The position numbers and the translations under genes are program-made. A DNA stretch of 64,000 bases from Sphyrna mokarran (lineage: Eukaryota), in NCBI GenBank assembly GCA_024679065.1, contig JAGIQG010000012.1:52514001-52578000 (forward strand). The letters are read 5' to 3'. Under the pieces are notes generated by a model. It ran no database searches, was not told the DNA's origin, and saw only the letters and a list, made by a program, of their open reading frames with translations. This document shows, one piece after another, positions 1 through 13,367 of this stretch. Position 1 is the stretch's first letter; every line of letters starts with the position of its first letter.

Positions 1-869
1 CTTTCAAGACATTTGTGTAACCTTTAGTGCTATATTTGCCTGCAAAGAACAGGCAGTTCTGCAAAGGTGTCTTTGTGATGCTTGGAGTCTATGATAAAGC
101 CTCCTTGAGTGGTGCTGCTTGAGGAGCGATCCAAAAGATAAGCAGAGAATTCCAAACGGAGTAAATAATTTACTCTCCATGTACAATAACCCTCTGTCCT
201 CGAAGTAAGATTGTTTGCAATTGTCATGTTTCCAGCTGACCACCCTTCAACTGCCAGGACCTTGACAGAGTTTGGGAACAGGTGCATGCTATTCAATCCT
301 TCAAACCTCTTCCTTATCAGGTCCCTTTTTCATTTCAAACAGCGCAATTAAATCACCTCCTAACCCTCTAAAAGCAAGGGAATATGAACCAAATTTATAC
401 GATAAATTTAGGAAAGTTAATTTATCCCTTAATTCTCACCCAAATGCCAATCATGTTATAAAATGATATCCAATTCTATGTGTCATTAAGGTTTGGTTAA
501 GTTGGATTAAGCAGATGCAACCCATCTTCACAAATCTGTGCTGTCTCTGATTGTGGATAAGTACTCGGTCACGTTTGACCCTGATGATTTCAGTAACTTT
601 CTCTTAAGTGATCAATAACTTCTGTCTAAATCTTCCCATCCCACCAAGGGCAGAGACAGAATTTGATTGTCAGTCAAAAGGTCCATTCATCTCAAGTGGG
701 AATTTATCTGGTCCAAGATGAGTGGAATGGATAACTTCACTGTTTGTATCTCTCAAACTCTCTTATTTAATAATTGGGTGACATTTACAGTTTTTCAATA
801 TATAGGCACAGTTCTTAAATCTGGAGGGCTTGGAATTTTTCTAACTCATTTAGAATATTCTCACCTATT

Positions 870-1195
870 TGGGCCATGTGATTTTCACTGTTGCCTTGCA
901 GTGCCAGGGACCCAGGTCAGTTACAACCTTGGATTATTATGTCTGTGTGAAGTTTTCACATTCTCCTCATGGATTTTCCTCCCACACTCCAAAGATGTGC
1001 AGATTAGGTGGATTGGCCATATTGAATTGCTCCTTAGTGTCCCAAGATGTGTAAGTTAGATGGATTAGCCATGGTAAATGTGTGAGGTTACAGGGATAGG
1101 GTGGGGGAAAGAGTTCAAGTAAGGTACTTTGTCAGAGGGTCGCTGCCGATTCGATAGGCCAAATGGTTTCCTACTGTGCTGTAGGGATTCTATTC
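870..1195 (+). mobile_element. HE1-type tRNA-derived SINE (CR1-like tail)
   Basis: Body ...CAGTGCCAGGGACCC...CCAAAGATGTGCAGATTAGGTGGATTGGCCAT..., tail GTAGGGATTCTATT. Confidence 0.8.
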
Positions 1196-3309
1196 TTTAT
1201 TTTAATATCTCAGGAGTCTGTTTTTCAATCTCTAGTATAAGATTAATGGCATTGATCAAATGTTATCCGAAATTGGCTTACTGAGAATCATGTTTCACAA
1301 AATTGTTTCCCTCGCTGTTGCTAATTGTAATTGACTTTGCAAGTGCTAACATATTTGGCAACCACTTGCCTGCACTAAAATAAAGTTCTGTCTTTTACGA
1401 AAAATAAAATGGATCATTGCTTTATACTGTTCTATTTGAAGATTACAGTGGTTACATGGTGGAAAGGTGTTTTTTTTAATAAGATGGAGAAATCACATAG
1501 GTTTCAACCACCAATATCTCTTAAACAGAAGCAACTCTTTGATTTATTAGTTGCATATCGTACTCTATGGATGAGGGCTTAACTTCATTTCAAGGATAAG
1601 ATGCAACCTCAAAGGGAGTAATCTACCTTTCCTGTGTGAGCCATTGTTGTAAAGAATTGATGCTATAATGTGCAGGGAGAGGCGATAACACATAATGCAA
1701 GATGCAATTGTGATTTATTATCCAGCCAACATTTTATTAGTCCATTTTCTCCTGTTTGTCAGTGTTATAAATTAAAATTGTCCATAAGGTTCACCATTCC
1801 TTTAACTTGTCTGTTGAGTGATTGACTTAAAAGCATATGAATCAAATTTTGTTTTAAAAGTGCTAGAAAGAGATCAATGTACCAGCTATCTTATCGTTTT
1901 TAAGTATGTTTATCCAGCTTTGTGCTCGAAGACTGGTGGCTGCTTCAAGGCCAAATAACATTTGAACCTTGGTTGCAACACGTCAGCCCATTTTGAAACC
2001 ATCTTTATCTAACTGAGAAACCTGAAATCTGTTTGACAAAGTGACACTAGAGCCAGCTTATCTTGGAACAGAGTTGTATCTCACATAGGTCATTGATTCT
2101 GTGAAATTAATGTTTACATGTTGGTCTGTTTTTGTAAGCAAATTTTGCTTTGAGATTGTATACAAGAGGTTTGGAAATATGGCTGAAGACTAAAGGGAGT
2201 AGTTTTGCATTTGTGAATTTTACCTTTTTTCCCCCAAACTTACTTATATCCTTAAATAAAATTGTTTTATCATGAAAATCGAGCTGATAATTACAACTTC
2301 TTGCCAGTCAAGATCGATTGTTTCTTTTAATCTTTCTGTATAGAAAATAGAACTGCGTAAGTAGGCTGTAAACTAATAACACAATTATATTTGTAATGTC
2401 TCTCTTCCTGAATCTAAGTAGATTTTTCATGACATCTCGTAGCATTGTAGAACATAATCAGAGAATGTTGTAGTGCTGTAAGAGGCCATTTGGCCCATCA
2501 ATGAGTTCCTTTCCTGCCCTTTTTTGGAAAGCCTGTTCACTTTTTCCTTTCAGGAACTTATCCAATTCCTTTCCAAAAGCTGCAATTCAGTTTGTTCCAC
2601 CACCCTCTGGCACATTTTATTGCGTATTGCCTTTGCTGTTTTTGCCAATTGCCAACAGCAGTTGCCCCACTTTGGCATCACAATTAGGGAAAGGATCAAC
2701 AGTCCAATAATTATGCACTGGAAAAAATGGGCTATATTAAAATGGCTGTATAGCATCTTTCCAACTTTTCAACTGTTCATTACAAAATCATATAAACAAT
2801 ATTCACTTGAGAATAGTGAAATGTCTGTTGATGAGTTGATTAAAAGCTTGACAACTGAACTATCAAATAACCCAGCAAAAATTATATCTTAAACTTGTTC
2901 CCTGTAATATAATTTAAACTTTCTTCACATCACTGAGTCTTTCTTTGTCCCTTTTTTACTTTGGGTATTTTTGACCTTTGTATCTCTGGATTGGTTCTCC
3001 CATCTTTGATATTAATTTTTAGCATGCCCACGATCACACTTGAAAACCCTTTAAATTTGGTTTGTCTGTTGAATCCATCTAAGGTTTCAATAGAATCCTA
3101 AGATGGATTCAAATGTGTAGGAGTTTTCTCACATCTTTAAGAAATGGCAGAACATAGCCAGACCAAGTTTAGGCATTAGATGCCAAATTAATTTATTGGA
3201 CAATAAATGGCAAAAGCTAATAAATAACTAAACCAGAACACTTATATGTGTTATAATAGATTATAATAACTTGGCCAATAAAGAAAATAAATAAATTGAT
3301 TATTGCTGA

Positions 3310-3640
3310 AAAAGAAGCGTGCTGTCGAAGCTTTTCATCTGCACTCAGCAGACAATGCAAGAATGCCTAATTTAAAAGGGAGCAACAATTTGTACTGCAT
3401 GCGCAAAGGGTGCTGAACATTTAGCAAGTTGATTCTGGCCAAGGCACTGTATGGAGATTGCACCAAACAACTATTGTCCACCATGCTTTTGTGTGTTTCA
3501 AAAAAGATATAATGTCTCATCCTGTACCTTCTGTTTGGAGAGACCAGGTCCCTGTGTATGAATATATGTAGCTCCTAGCATGTGAAAGTGAGTCATACGT
3601 GAGCCTGACTGATCGCCTTACATTGGTTATTATTGTAATT
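3310..3640 (-). mobile_element. Penelope-like terminal fragment with degenerate hammerhead motif
   Basis: Reverse complement of 3323-3354 reads TGT CTGCTGA GTGCAGAT GAAA AGCTTC GACA, a mutated hammerhead core. Confidence 0.45.
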
Positions 3641-3655
3641 CATTGCACACACAAA

Positions 3656-3962
3656 GACAATATGGTAGCACAGTGATTAGCACTGTTTTCTCACAGTGCC
3701 AGCAACTCAGGTTCGATTCCTGGTTTCGGCCGCTGTCTGTATGGAGTCTGCATGTTCTCCCTGTGTCTGCGTAGGTTTCTTACAGTACCCTGGTTTCCTC
3801 CCATAGTCTGAAAGATGTGCTGGTTGGGTGCATTGGTCATGCTAAATTCTTTCCTTCTGTACCTGAACTGGCGCCGAAGTGTAACAACTAGTGGATTTTT
3901 TCTGTAAATTTTTATTGCAGTGTTAAGCAATGTAAGCTTACTTGTGACATCAATAAATAAAT
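3656..3962 (+). mobile_element. HE1-related SINE, subtype with ...TGTGACACTAATAAA tail
   Basis: tRNA-like head (GGTAGCACAGTGATTAGCACTG, GGTTCGATTCC B box), HE1 body, AATAAATAA end. Confidence 0.85.
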
Positions 3963-4004
3963 TTTAAAACACACTTAGCAAGTACTGTCCAATTGGCAAA
4001 TCAT

Positions 4005-4138
4005 GGCTGAGATTCTCCATTCTAGTTCACCCCATTGGTGCTGCCAGCAAAAACAGAATTTGGAGCTCAGCCAAAGCTCCACTCACCGCAGCGAGACCAG
4101 AAAATCCCAGCCATGGACGAGGTTGGAGAATTCCAGCC
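4005..4138. mobile_element. Small MITE-like element
   Basis: Terminal inverted repeats GGCTGAGATTCTCC (4005-4018) and GGAGAATTCCAGCC (4125-4138). Confidence 0.5.
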
Positions 4139-4626
4139 CACATCTAATGTTAGACATTATGGCTGGAATCTTCTGTTCTGGAATTATCTAAGTTTGGTCT
4201 AATTGGAAATGATTTTTGCTGGCGGTAAGATGGTTGACCAAAAGTGATCTTGTGCCATTCTTGTATCCACAAGAACCTTGCTGTTTCTCACAGCAGTGAC
4301 AGATCGCGTAGTGTAAAATTCTGACTGCCGTATTTAAAAGGCACTCGAGCAGCCTGCATTTCCCCTCTACCACCTCATCTATAAATGCAGCCCATGCACG
4401 AGATGTTCCCAAAGAGGACAACTTAGCACCAACTCACCGTTAATCATGATAAAAGTATACCTTGCCTCCTTTGTTGGTGGAATTTAATTTGGAGGGGAAC
4501 TTCATTCTACTGAATTGGCCTTTTAATGAGCATACATAACATGCGAATGCACGTAAAAGGGATTCCTGACATTGTTTGGGTGAGGTCACAGTTGGAATAT
4601 TGTGTTGAGTTCTGGTTGCCGAACCA

Positions 4627-5478
4627 AATTTTTTTTTTACTATAACATATTTGAAAATGTAGTTACCCAAATGGGCTAAACCTAACGAGAGAGCATTGAT
4701 CCCTGTTTTCTCTTCACTAATATTCTTTTTGGACATGGTATGAAATCAACAGAGCCACTTGACTGTTTGAATCCTCGGCTTCCAAGTATGTACCAATGTT
4801 AACTTTCAGGGTCTGCTCGGGAGTGGCCTGCATATAACTTGCACTATGATTGTTCATTCCTGATTGCCAAACTATCATAAAATCCTTATAGTGCAGAAGG
4901 AGGCCATTTGGCCCATTATATCTGCATCAACTCTTTGACATCATCAGGAGGCCTGCTCATCACCATGTTCCAATCATGCATATGAGGTGGGCAAACTTTC
5001 TGCAGTTTGCTTATAATGCCAGATAGTAGCATAAAGGTGTCCCTTGAAAAGGGGCATAAGCAGGAAAATACTGCTGTCCTGCCACCCAAAAAAATGAAGC
5101 TGTCCAATTTCAAATCCAACACCATCCTAAAATTCAAATAAAAATATTTTGTACGATGATGCTTCCTGTGCCACAAAAGTTTAAATCCAACTTTCAGTTT
5201 CCTGATCTCAGTCCTACTACTGCGTTGAGGTTCTGAATCAGCTCCCAACACAGAGGAATCATAGAGCAAGTTGTATGTAGGCCACTCCTGAGCAGATCCT
5301 GAAAGTCACCATTGGTACACTTACGGAAGCTGAGAATTCAAACAGCGAGGTGACTTTGTTGACTTCATGCCATGTCCAAAAAGAATATTAGTGAAGAGAA
5401 AACAGGGATCAATACTCTTTCATTAGGTTTAACCCATTTGGATAACTACATTTTCAAACGTGTTAGTAAAAAAAAATT
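4627..5478. repeat. Long inverted repeat (arms 4627-4851 and 5257-5478)
   Basis: The arms are reverse complements over ~225 bp, including a long perfect core ATTGATCCCTGTTTTCTCTTCACTAATATTCTTTTTGGACATGG. Mismatches are mostly transitions. Confidence 0.92.
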
Positions 5479-8400
5479 GAGGAGCCATTGATTCCTTGTA
5501 TTTTCCATAAACACACACATTTTGTTCATTATTGCCTAACTCATGGCATGTGCTTGGCTCAATCACTTTGTGGGATTTGGCTAGAGTGAATCATTACTTA
5601 CAGTTCAAACTCCATGTCATAGTTTCATCTGGAGATCTAAATGAAGCTTTTTTTGTACAACTTGCAGGGATAGTTTGGGATACATGGTGTCCACCACCTC
5701 TTTAATGAATTTATTGGGAGAGATGGTTACAGTGTGAAGCTGAGCCTCAAATCCTGCATGATGAACTGACATCTCAGGATAGCTAGGCAGCAGGTTCTGT
5801 TGTGTCGAGCACGAACTTGTGCAGCAAAGAGTTGACCAAAGTTTTATTTAGAGATCTCACAATAGGATTGTCTGTGAAGGCACATAATCATGTACGAAGA
5901 AATGAAAATCCCTGTTTTTGCGGAATGCCAATATAATCCTGTCATTTGCTATGGAAATACAACCCTTTGGATAAATAAAGCTTGGTAGTAGTGGTTTTAA
6001 TCCATTTTCTATTTATTTCTGTTCTGGTTGTTTACAATTGCATAAAATATAACTGCACTTAATACCTGAGGATTGTGAGCATTTATCATGTTCAATGCTA
6101 AAAATTAAATTACTGAATTCAAGACAGGGCTTTAAATAAATTGAAGTGGAGCAAAAGGCTGAGTAAATCACTGTAGAAAATAGTTGATATCTGATGAGTG
6201 TCCCTTACCAAACAAAAGAAGTTACAAATGTGTCATTGTTTGAAGCATTTACTGGATTCAATTCTTTCTAATCAGTCCTGATTTTCATCTTGTTATGTAG
6301 TGATTTCTGTTGGTGAATACAATTCTTTAATTAGTTTTATTCAAAAATTCACGTTCAGATGTATTACCTTCAAAGCAGAGTGCGATGCTGTGAAACAACG
6401 GCTCTGTACTAGGCAGAAGTGTTGCATCCCCCGCCTCCCCAGTGGCCATTGTCCTCTATTCTACCCCAATGTTTTAAGTGAATGGGATGTTAAAGACCTA
6501 TCTTAAATTAACTTCTAGATGACTTTAGAAACTTGCTTGTCAAAGTATATATGAAGACAGAAGTGGGCAAAAGTTTTGTCAGCCCAACCATAATGTTTAC
6601 TGAGTTTGATATTGTGATGGTGCAATGATCCATGAAAATACTGGGGCGAAATATTTTGAGTAATGCACTGAACCTTTGTGCCACACTAGTCTATATTGAT
6701 ATTTTTTTCTGCTCTTATAGCAGTCTGATCTTAAAAGCAGCTCTAAAATTGAAATAAAATGTTGGGTTTCACAGGTGTACAACCTTCCACAGCCTTAAAT
6801 CGAGCAAGGCCCTCTAGGAAGTGGGAGCTTGCAGAATATTAGTGCTGGCTGAACTACTCAAGAAGTAGGAGCACACAGATCAACTCTAAGTCTGTTGATG
6901 TGAAGTGACGTGGCAATGCTGCCGTCATTGGTGACTTGCACTGAAAATCTGAATCTCTGAATGGACGTTTTGTCCAATGAGAAGTTAGTATTCGTAATAA
7001 TCTCGCATTCTGAACTACATGCCTTGCATTATATCATTTCCTTCGAATCTTATGACAAAACATAACCACTTAGATTATATTTGTGTGTTAGAGAAGAAAT
7101 TGGGAACAGTGTGCTGGTTAGGATCTTTGACAGTTCACTTAAATCGTCATTAAAGTAGCATTGCCACGTACAGTATCAAAGTAAAAATCACATTAAGCAC
7201 ATGTTACTGTAAAGTTTATGGGCTCATACCATGCCATAAATCTGGCTTTTTAAGTACCTTAGAGGGAAGGCATTAACTTCTGCAGGATAGCGCCTTTTTC
7301 TCTTCGCATCTCTTTATTCCACTAACCACATTTTAACTGCTCCGCATTACCCTTTTCCAAGTTAGGCAAAGTAATCTTGTAATCTTAATCACTAATTACA
7401 AATTAAGTCTAAAAAATCTCCCTTTTATTTTTAAATACAGTTTTTGTTGATCTCTTAGCTCATTCTCTGTGCCTATAACTCCGTTTGAGGCTCCAAGAAT
7501 TTCTTTGTTTTGTAAGTTGCTGACCAAACCAGAATGTTTTCACTCTGACTCACAATTAGTAATGTGGATGCAGCCATTTCTTACCTAATGGGATCATCCC
7601 TCTACCAAGAAGTATTAAGAATTGATTATTGTCTGTAAAGTGACCAGACCAAGCTGTTAGCCTACTCGAGTGAACAAGACATGCATTTTTAATCTACTGA
7701 CTAATTAGGAAGAATTTTAAACCTGGAATTACTGTGCTTTGCTTCCCTCAAATTTTACTTGAAAACATTGGAAGTAAGAGAACTATAGATCATGTTTCCT
7801 CATTTCACTGAAAACCTCTTGAATGGAATGAAATGGAACACTTTGAGAGTCCTCCCAAATGAACTGCTGTTTCTCCACTTGATTTTTATTTTCAGAATTT
7901 CTCAGTGACACTGTCTTTGTATTTTATGGCCATTTTCTTAATATTTAAATTTTTTTAAGGAATGAATCTCTCAGTCTGCAGAAATGTTTAACATAATGCT
8001 GTAGTTGCACAAACCATCCACAGTTAAAAGCGTGCGAGATGGGCAAAATGTCCTTCATTCTTTAGACGTGGAATTGACTGTGTCTGCAGAGTAGAACAAG
8101 TCCCCAGCTTATGTCACCGCTATCAGGAGATGCAATTCTCCTTGATCAATATTTGCTTAACAAACAGCAGGGAACGGTGAGTTTGTTCAGAGAAGTCATG
8201 TGCATGCAAGGGTGAATGAATGTTCGGTGAAGTACTTTGACTATTTGCCTCCTGCTGTTTTTTTTTGCCCCCTCTTGTGTCCTGCTTTGTTCCAAACCAG
8301 GGGGACATGCATCTACACAAATTCCCCAAACAAAATAACAATTGGAATGTCTGCGGCGTAAAGTACTGATGACAAATAAGCGTCACCCAGGTTCCTTTTA

Positions 8401-10436
8401 TTAGACTCAGCAATTCCTAGAACTTAAGAACATAATAACCCACTGCACCTCCTCAGCATCAGGTGGCAGCAGTCAATCAAGTCGCCGTGAGCTTGTCAGG
8501 ACAAAAGAGCGCATAGTTTGTACAATGTAAATGTAGTCACTTTATTCCAAAGAATCACCTCATTTCTGAGTTGCTCTGCCTTCGAGGGTCATTTGTTTGA
8601 TCTTCTGACTGTCCCTAGACTCGGCAGCACATTATAAAAGCCTGACATAGCAGCCTGCCTGCCTTCTGTGTCCTGCGGATACTCATCATAAGTGTCAGTA
8701 CATACCAAGGTTAGCAGTCACTGAAACCATACTTGTTTGCCCTGCCTTCACAAAACACTTATAAGTGAACCAATGTCACTTATACTGGGAGAGAGAATTT
8801 TACAAAGATGAAAGAGACAAGAGCCTGTCTTTTGCTATTTTCCCCCAAAAAACAAACTGATTTGCAAAGCCTTTCTAAAAGGGAAATTAATCACACCCAG
8901 TAAGTCCATAAAGATATTTAGTTCTCAAAAAGTTCAATTTCTGTCACTTAATTACTTCAAGGGTTAACAAATGCTGCTGTGGTACTGTCTCATTTTTTGA
9001 CTGTAAAAGGGAATCGTGCGCTTACTATTATAAGAAGATAACAGTAGGGAGGAGGGCAAGGAGAAAAGGGTTATTGGTATTTTGGATTCTCAACTCCTCG
9101 CCTTGGAGAGAGGGTTATTCTTGTCACTGCCTTTTGTCTACATCTGCTGACTGCTTGCCTGAAGCCAGCAGCATGCTTTAACTGTTCAGTCACCTCCTAA
9201 CATCACATGCATCAGCTGTTGTTCTTTTGTTAGAGGTTTTGTACGTCTAATCCACTGTGACCATACTGCTGCACAGTAAATCAAATGTAGATTGTTCCTG
9301 GGATGACTTCCTCATAAATATTTTAGACAACCTTTACTGCCTTTATTCTTAAAAATTGAAAAACAGATTAAACTTAAATGCTTATCTGCTGAGTATATTG
9401 ATGATCTCTAGATACTTCCTGCTGCTAATTGTAATTTAGAAAGGGTAAGGACATGACATTAGCCCTTTGATGACCAAAAGACATTTTTTAATTCCCCCTT
9501 TCAACCTTGATATTTTGGAAATGAAGAACAAAGTAACATTTGAGAAAACTCTCTCAATGCAAGTGAAATATGTGTGAGTGCACTTTTAGCATAAAGACTA
9601 TTTCAAAATTTCTATTTGTTACCCATTTTGTTTCAAATAAATTGGAATGTAATTAAAATAGTAATTTTACATGAGCACACATTAACCAGTGTCTTAAAAA
9701 TAGCAGTTGGGGACTTTAAGCCAAATTTGTTGCATTGTTGGAACTAAAACTGAATCTGTGTGTTTGAGCTGATGACAAATGGGTATTTATGATCATGTGA
9801 TTGATTCCTGCAGGATACTTAACCCGATTCCATAGAGGAAACCCAGAAGTTTGATTATGTTTCCACTCCCTTTATCAGAACCAAGAGCATGACTGGGCTA
9901 AAACTCTATTCCATAGATGTTGCTAATTAGTAACAGTGCAAATGATATTAAATTTACAGAAAGCTGCTGTAGAGACGCTAGTGAAGAATAGTAAAGCACA
10001 CAGCCTCTATTAAAGTTAACTTTGTTCCAGCTTTGCAGTAATGGCCTGGCATAAGAAGCCTGATGCAACAAATAAGGATTCAAAAATGCACTTTGCATGA
10101 CACTAAAAACTATTGGTGTCACAAATAATATCTGTATTAATAATGATTGGGTTAGAAGGGAAGACAAGGACTAACATTTGCAGCCTTTTGTTTCTGAATT
10201 ATTATTGCGTGTATATAGAGGATGTGTATGTGCAATTGAGCAATATACGTTCTATCTCCTTGACTTCATAATTCAGCTGGGTATCTTGTAAATGGGACTT
10301 TGACCTTTTACTTGACTTGTTTGTTGATAAGGATGTTCATTATCGTGCATCCTGTTTATATCACACATTGAGTTGACAAAATTAGTTAGAAGCAATATTA
10401 AGTGGGAAATTGATCCATGCAGGGATTCATACATAT

Positions 10437-12170
10437 AATCATACAACCCCTACAGTGCAGCCGGTCGAGTCTGCACCAACTTACTGACTGGTTATCTTGC
10501 CCAGGCTCTCTTCCCCACCCTAATCCATCGAACCCACACATCTTGGGAAATTAAGGGACAATTTACCACGGCCAGCCCACCTAATTCCTACGCCTTTGAA
10601 CTGGGGGAGGAAACTGGAGTACTTGGAAGAAACCCACACAGACATAGAACATAGAACACTACAGCGCAGTACAGGCCCTTCGGCCCTCGATGTTGCGCCG
10701 GCCAGTGGACCCTCTAACCTAAACTATTCCAATATCATCCATATGCCTATCCACCGAACATTTGAATGCCCCAAAGTAGGCGAGTCCACAACTGCTGCAG
10801 GCAGGGCATTCCACGCTCTCACCACCCTCTGTGTAAAGAACCTGCCTCTGACATCCGTCCTATAACTACCACCTCTTAATTTAAAGTTATGTCCCCTCGT
10901 GTTGGTCATCACCATCCGAGGAAAAAGGCTCTCACTATCCACCCTATCCAATCCCTTGATCATCTTATACGCCTCAATTAGGTCACCGCGTAACCTTCTT
11001 CTCTCTAATGAAAATAACCTCAGGTCCCTCAGCCTTTCCTCATAAGGCCTTCCCACCATACCAGGCAACATCCTGGTAAACCTCCTGTGCACCCTTTCCA
11101 ATGCTTCCACATCTTCCTTATAATGCGGCGACCAGAACTGTACGCAATACTCCAAGTGCGGCCGCACCAGAGTTTTGTACAGTTGTAACATAACCTCACG
11201 GCTCCTAAATTCAATCCCTCTACCAATAAAAGCTAACACACCGTACGCCTTCTTAACAACTTTATCAACCTGGGTGCCAACTTTCAAAGAGCTATGTACT
11301 TGTACCCCAAGATCCCTCTGCTCGACAACACTATTAAGGGTCTTCCATTAGCCCTATATTTCATATGCCTGTTATTCCTACCAAAGTGAATCACCTCACA
11401 CTTATCCGTATTGAATTCCATTTGCCACCTCACGGCCCAGCTCTGCAACCTATCTATGTCCCTCTGCAAACTGTAACATCCATCCTCGCTGTCTACAACT
11501 CCCCCCACTTTGGTATCGTCAGCAAATTTACTAATCCAACCCTCTACACCCTCATCTAGGTCATTTATAAAAATGACAAACAGCAGTGGCCCCAAAACAG
11601 ATCCTTGAGGTACACCACTTGTAACTGCACTCCAGGTTGAATATTTCCCATCAACCACCACCCTCTGTCTTCTATCAGCTAGCCAATTCCTAATCCAAAC
11701 TGCTAAATCACCTTCAATCCCATGCATCTGCACTTTCTGCAGTAGCCTACCATGGGGAACCTTATCAAACGCTTTGCTAAAATCCATATACACTACATCA
11801 ACTGCCTTACCCTTATCTACCTCTTTGGTCACCTCCTCAAAAAACTCAATAAGGTTTGTGAGGCACGACCTACCCTTCACAAAACCGTGCTGACTATCCC
11901 TAATCAATTTATTTCTCTCTAGATGCTTATAAATCCTATCCCTTATAATTCTTTCCAAGACCTTGCCCACAACAGAAGTCAGGCTCACCAGTCTATAATT
12001 TCCAGGATGGTCCCTACTCCCCTTTTTGAAAAGAGGGACAACATTTGCCATCCTCCAGACATGGGGAGAACATGCAAGCCGCACATGGACAGTCACCCAA
12101 GAGTGGAATTGAACCCCAGTCTCTGAATCTATGAAGCAGCAGTGCTAACCACTGTGCCATCGTGCCACCC
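10437..12170 (-). mobile_element. HE1 SINE split by a CR1 insertion (SINE parts 10437-10645 and 12056-12170)
   Basis: SINE body GAAACCCACACAGACAT... resumes as CAGACATGGGGAGAACATGC...GCTAACCACTGTGCC on the far side of the LINE. Confidence 0.85.
10646..12058 (-). mobile_element. 5'-truncated CR1-clade (HER1-like) LINE: ORF2 reverse transcriptase with one frameshift
   Basis: ORFs 11284-12096 and 10724-11287 contain [31 protein letters not shown] and LVRPHLEYCVQFW. There is a (TTCTATG)n tail, and CAGACAT is duplicated at both junctions. Confidence 0.97.
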
Positions 12171-13204
12171 TGATTGCAGAATAACTGCTGATATCACTGA
12201 GAATCCTTTCCCCTTGAACCACCTGTTACCCTTTGCAGTAGACTTTCCATAAGATCAAAATATTCTATGGTAACAACATTGCCACACATGATGCAATGTC
12301 TCAAAACTGGCAACCACAGGACTGAGTCCATGCCAGATTTCAGATTCGGTAGTTGGGGCCATGAGTGATGGGATCACAGGTCATTCAGATCATGGAAATA
12401 GACTAGTACTCAAACGGTGAAGCAGATAAATAATCCAATAACAAACATACCACGCCAATATAGTGCCTAGCTAAATGTTCCAATGTGTTTTTTTTTTCAA
12501 TTAAAATTGATGCATGGAACACTGCAAAAATATCTGTATTCACACAACTCTCGCTTCTGGGCAGCCAGATTTGAGACACTGAATGTATAATTTTTTCTAA
12601 CTTAGAAATGCTGAACGTTGACCATCACTGATTTGGCATCAGTAGCAGTTTTTTCCCGTAAATTTGGGAATGTATTCGTCATTAATTTTTCTTTAAGTTT
12701 AATCTTTTGGCACTTTTTAAGTTACTTGCCATTGCTAACGATATGGATTGATTGAGTTGACTAGAAAGATAGGGAATGCAACCAACTTGATCAGTGTCCT
12801 ATTCTTTCTTCATTTTTTTTTTAGTTGTGTTGTTCTACCTACTCCTTACACAAGCGGACTGTATCAGTTCCTGATGCTACCACTATCTAGGTCATTAGCT
12901 CCTCCATCAACTTGCCCTTTCACTTAATATATTGTCATCAACCTTTCCTAACTGCAACATCTCTAACAATAATTCTTATAAGTCCTAAATAATGTGGACA
13001 TACTGCTCAGTTTTCTCATCATGATGAATTTTTGTAACTTCTCTTTTGTGCTTCTTCTGGGACCCCCTCCTTGGCAAAAATCTTTCAAACTTGTTTTAGG
13101 GTTTTGTTTCAAATTACTTGGCATTCTAATAAGTATTTCAAAAATGGAAATCAGCATTTTCATAAAGCAAAACAGATCCATGAACAAGCTGTATAACCCT
13201 TGAA

Positions 13205-13365
13205 ATTTAGAAGCATGAGAGGTGATCTTATTGAAATTTGTAAAATTCTCAAGGGGCTAGATAGGCTGGATGCTGGTAGAATGTTTCTCCTACCTGGGGC
13301 GTCAGGACCTGGAATCACACTCTGAGAATAAAAGGGTGACTTCAGGATTAAGTTGAGAAGGAAGT
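13205..13365 (+). mobile_element. Old CR1 3' fragment
   Basis: AGAGGTGATCTTATTGAA...AAGGGGCTAGATAGGCTGGATG resembles the RGDLIE..KGLDRVD region of the intact CR1 copies. Confidence 0.6.
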
Positions 13366-13367
13366 GC

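Noticed and set aside
3656-3730. tRNA-like A/B boxes at SINE heads as tRNA genes
   Set aside because: They are followed by HE1 body sequence and lack a full cloverleaf; these are SINE heads.
6300-6506. ORF containing FRCITF, reminiscent of the PROX1 penultimate exon start FNRCITSQ
   Set aside because: The similarity ends after 4-5 residues and LIKWFSNFREF does not follow; coincidence.
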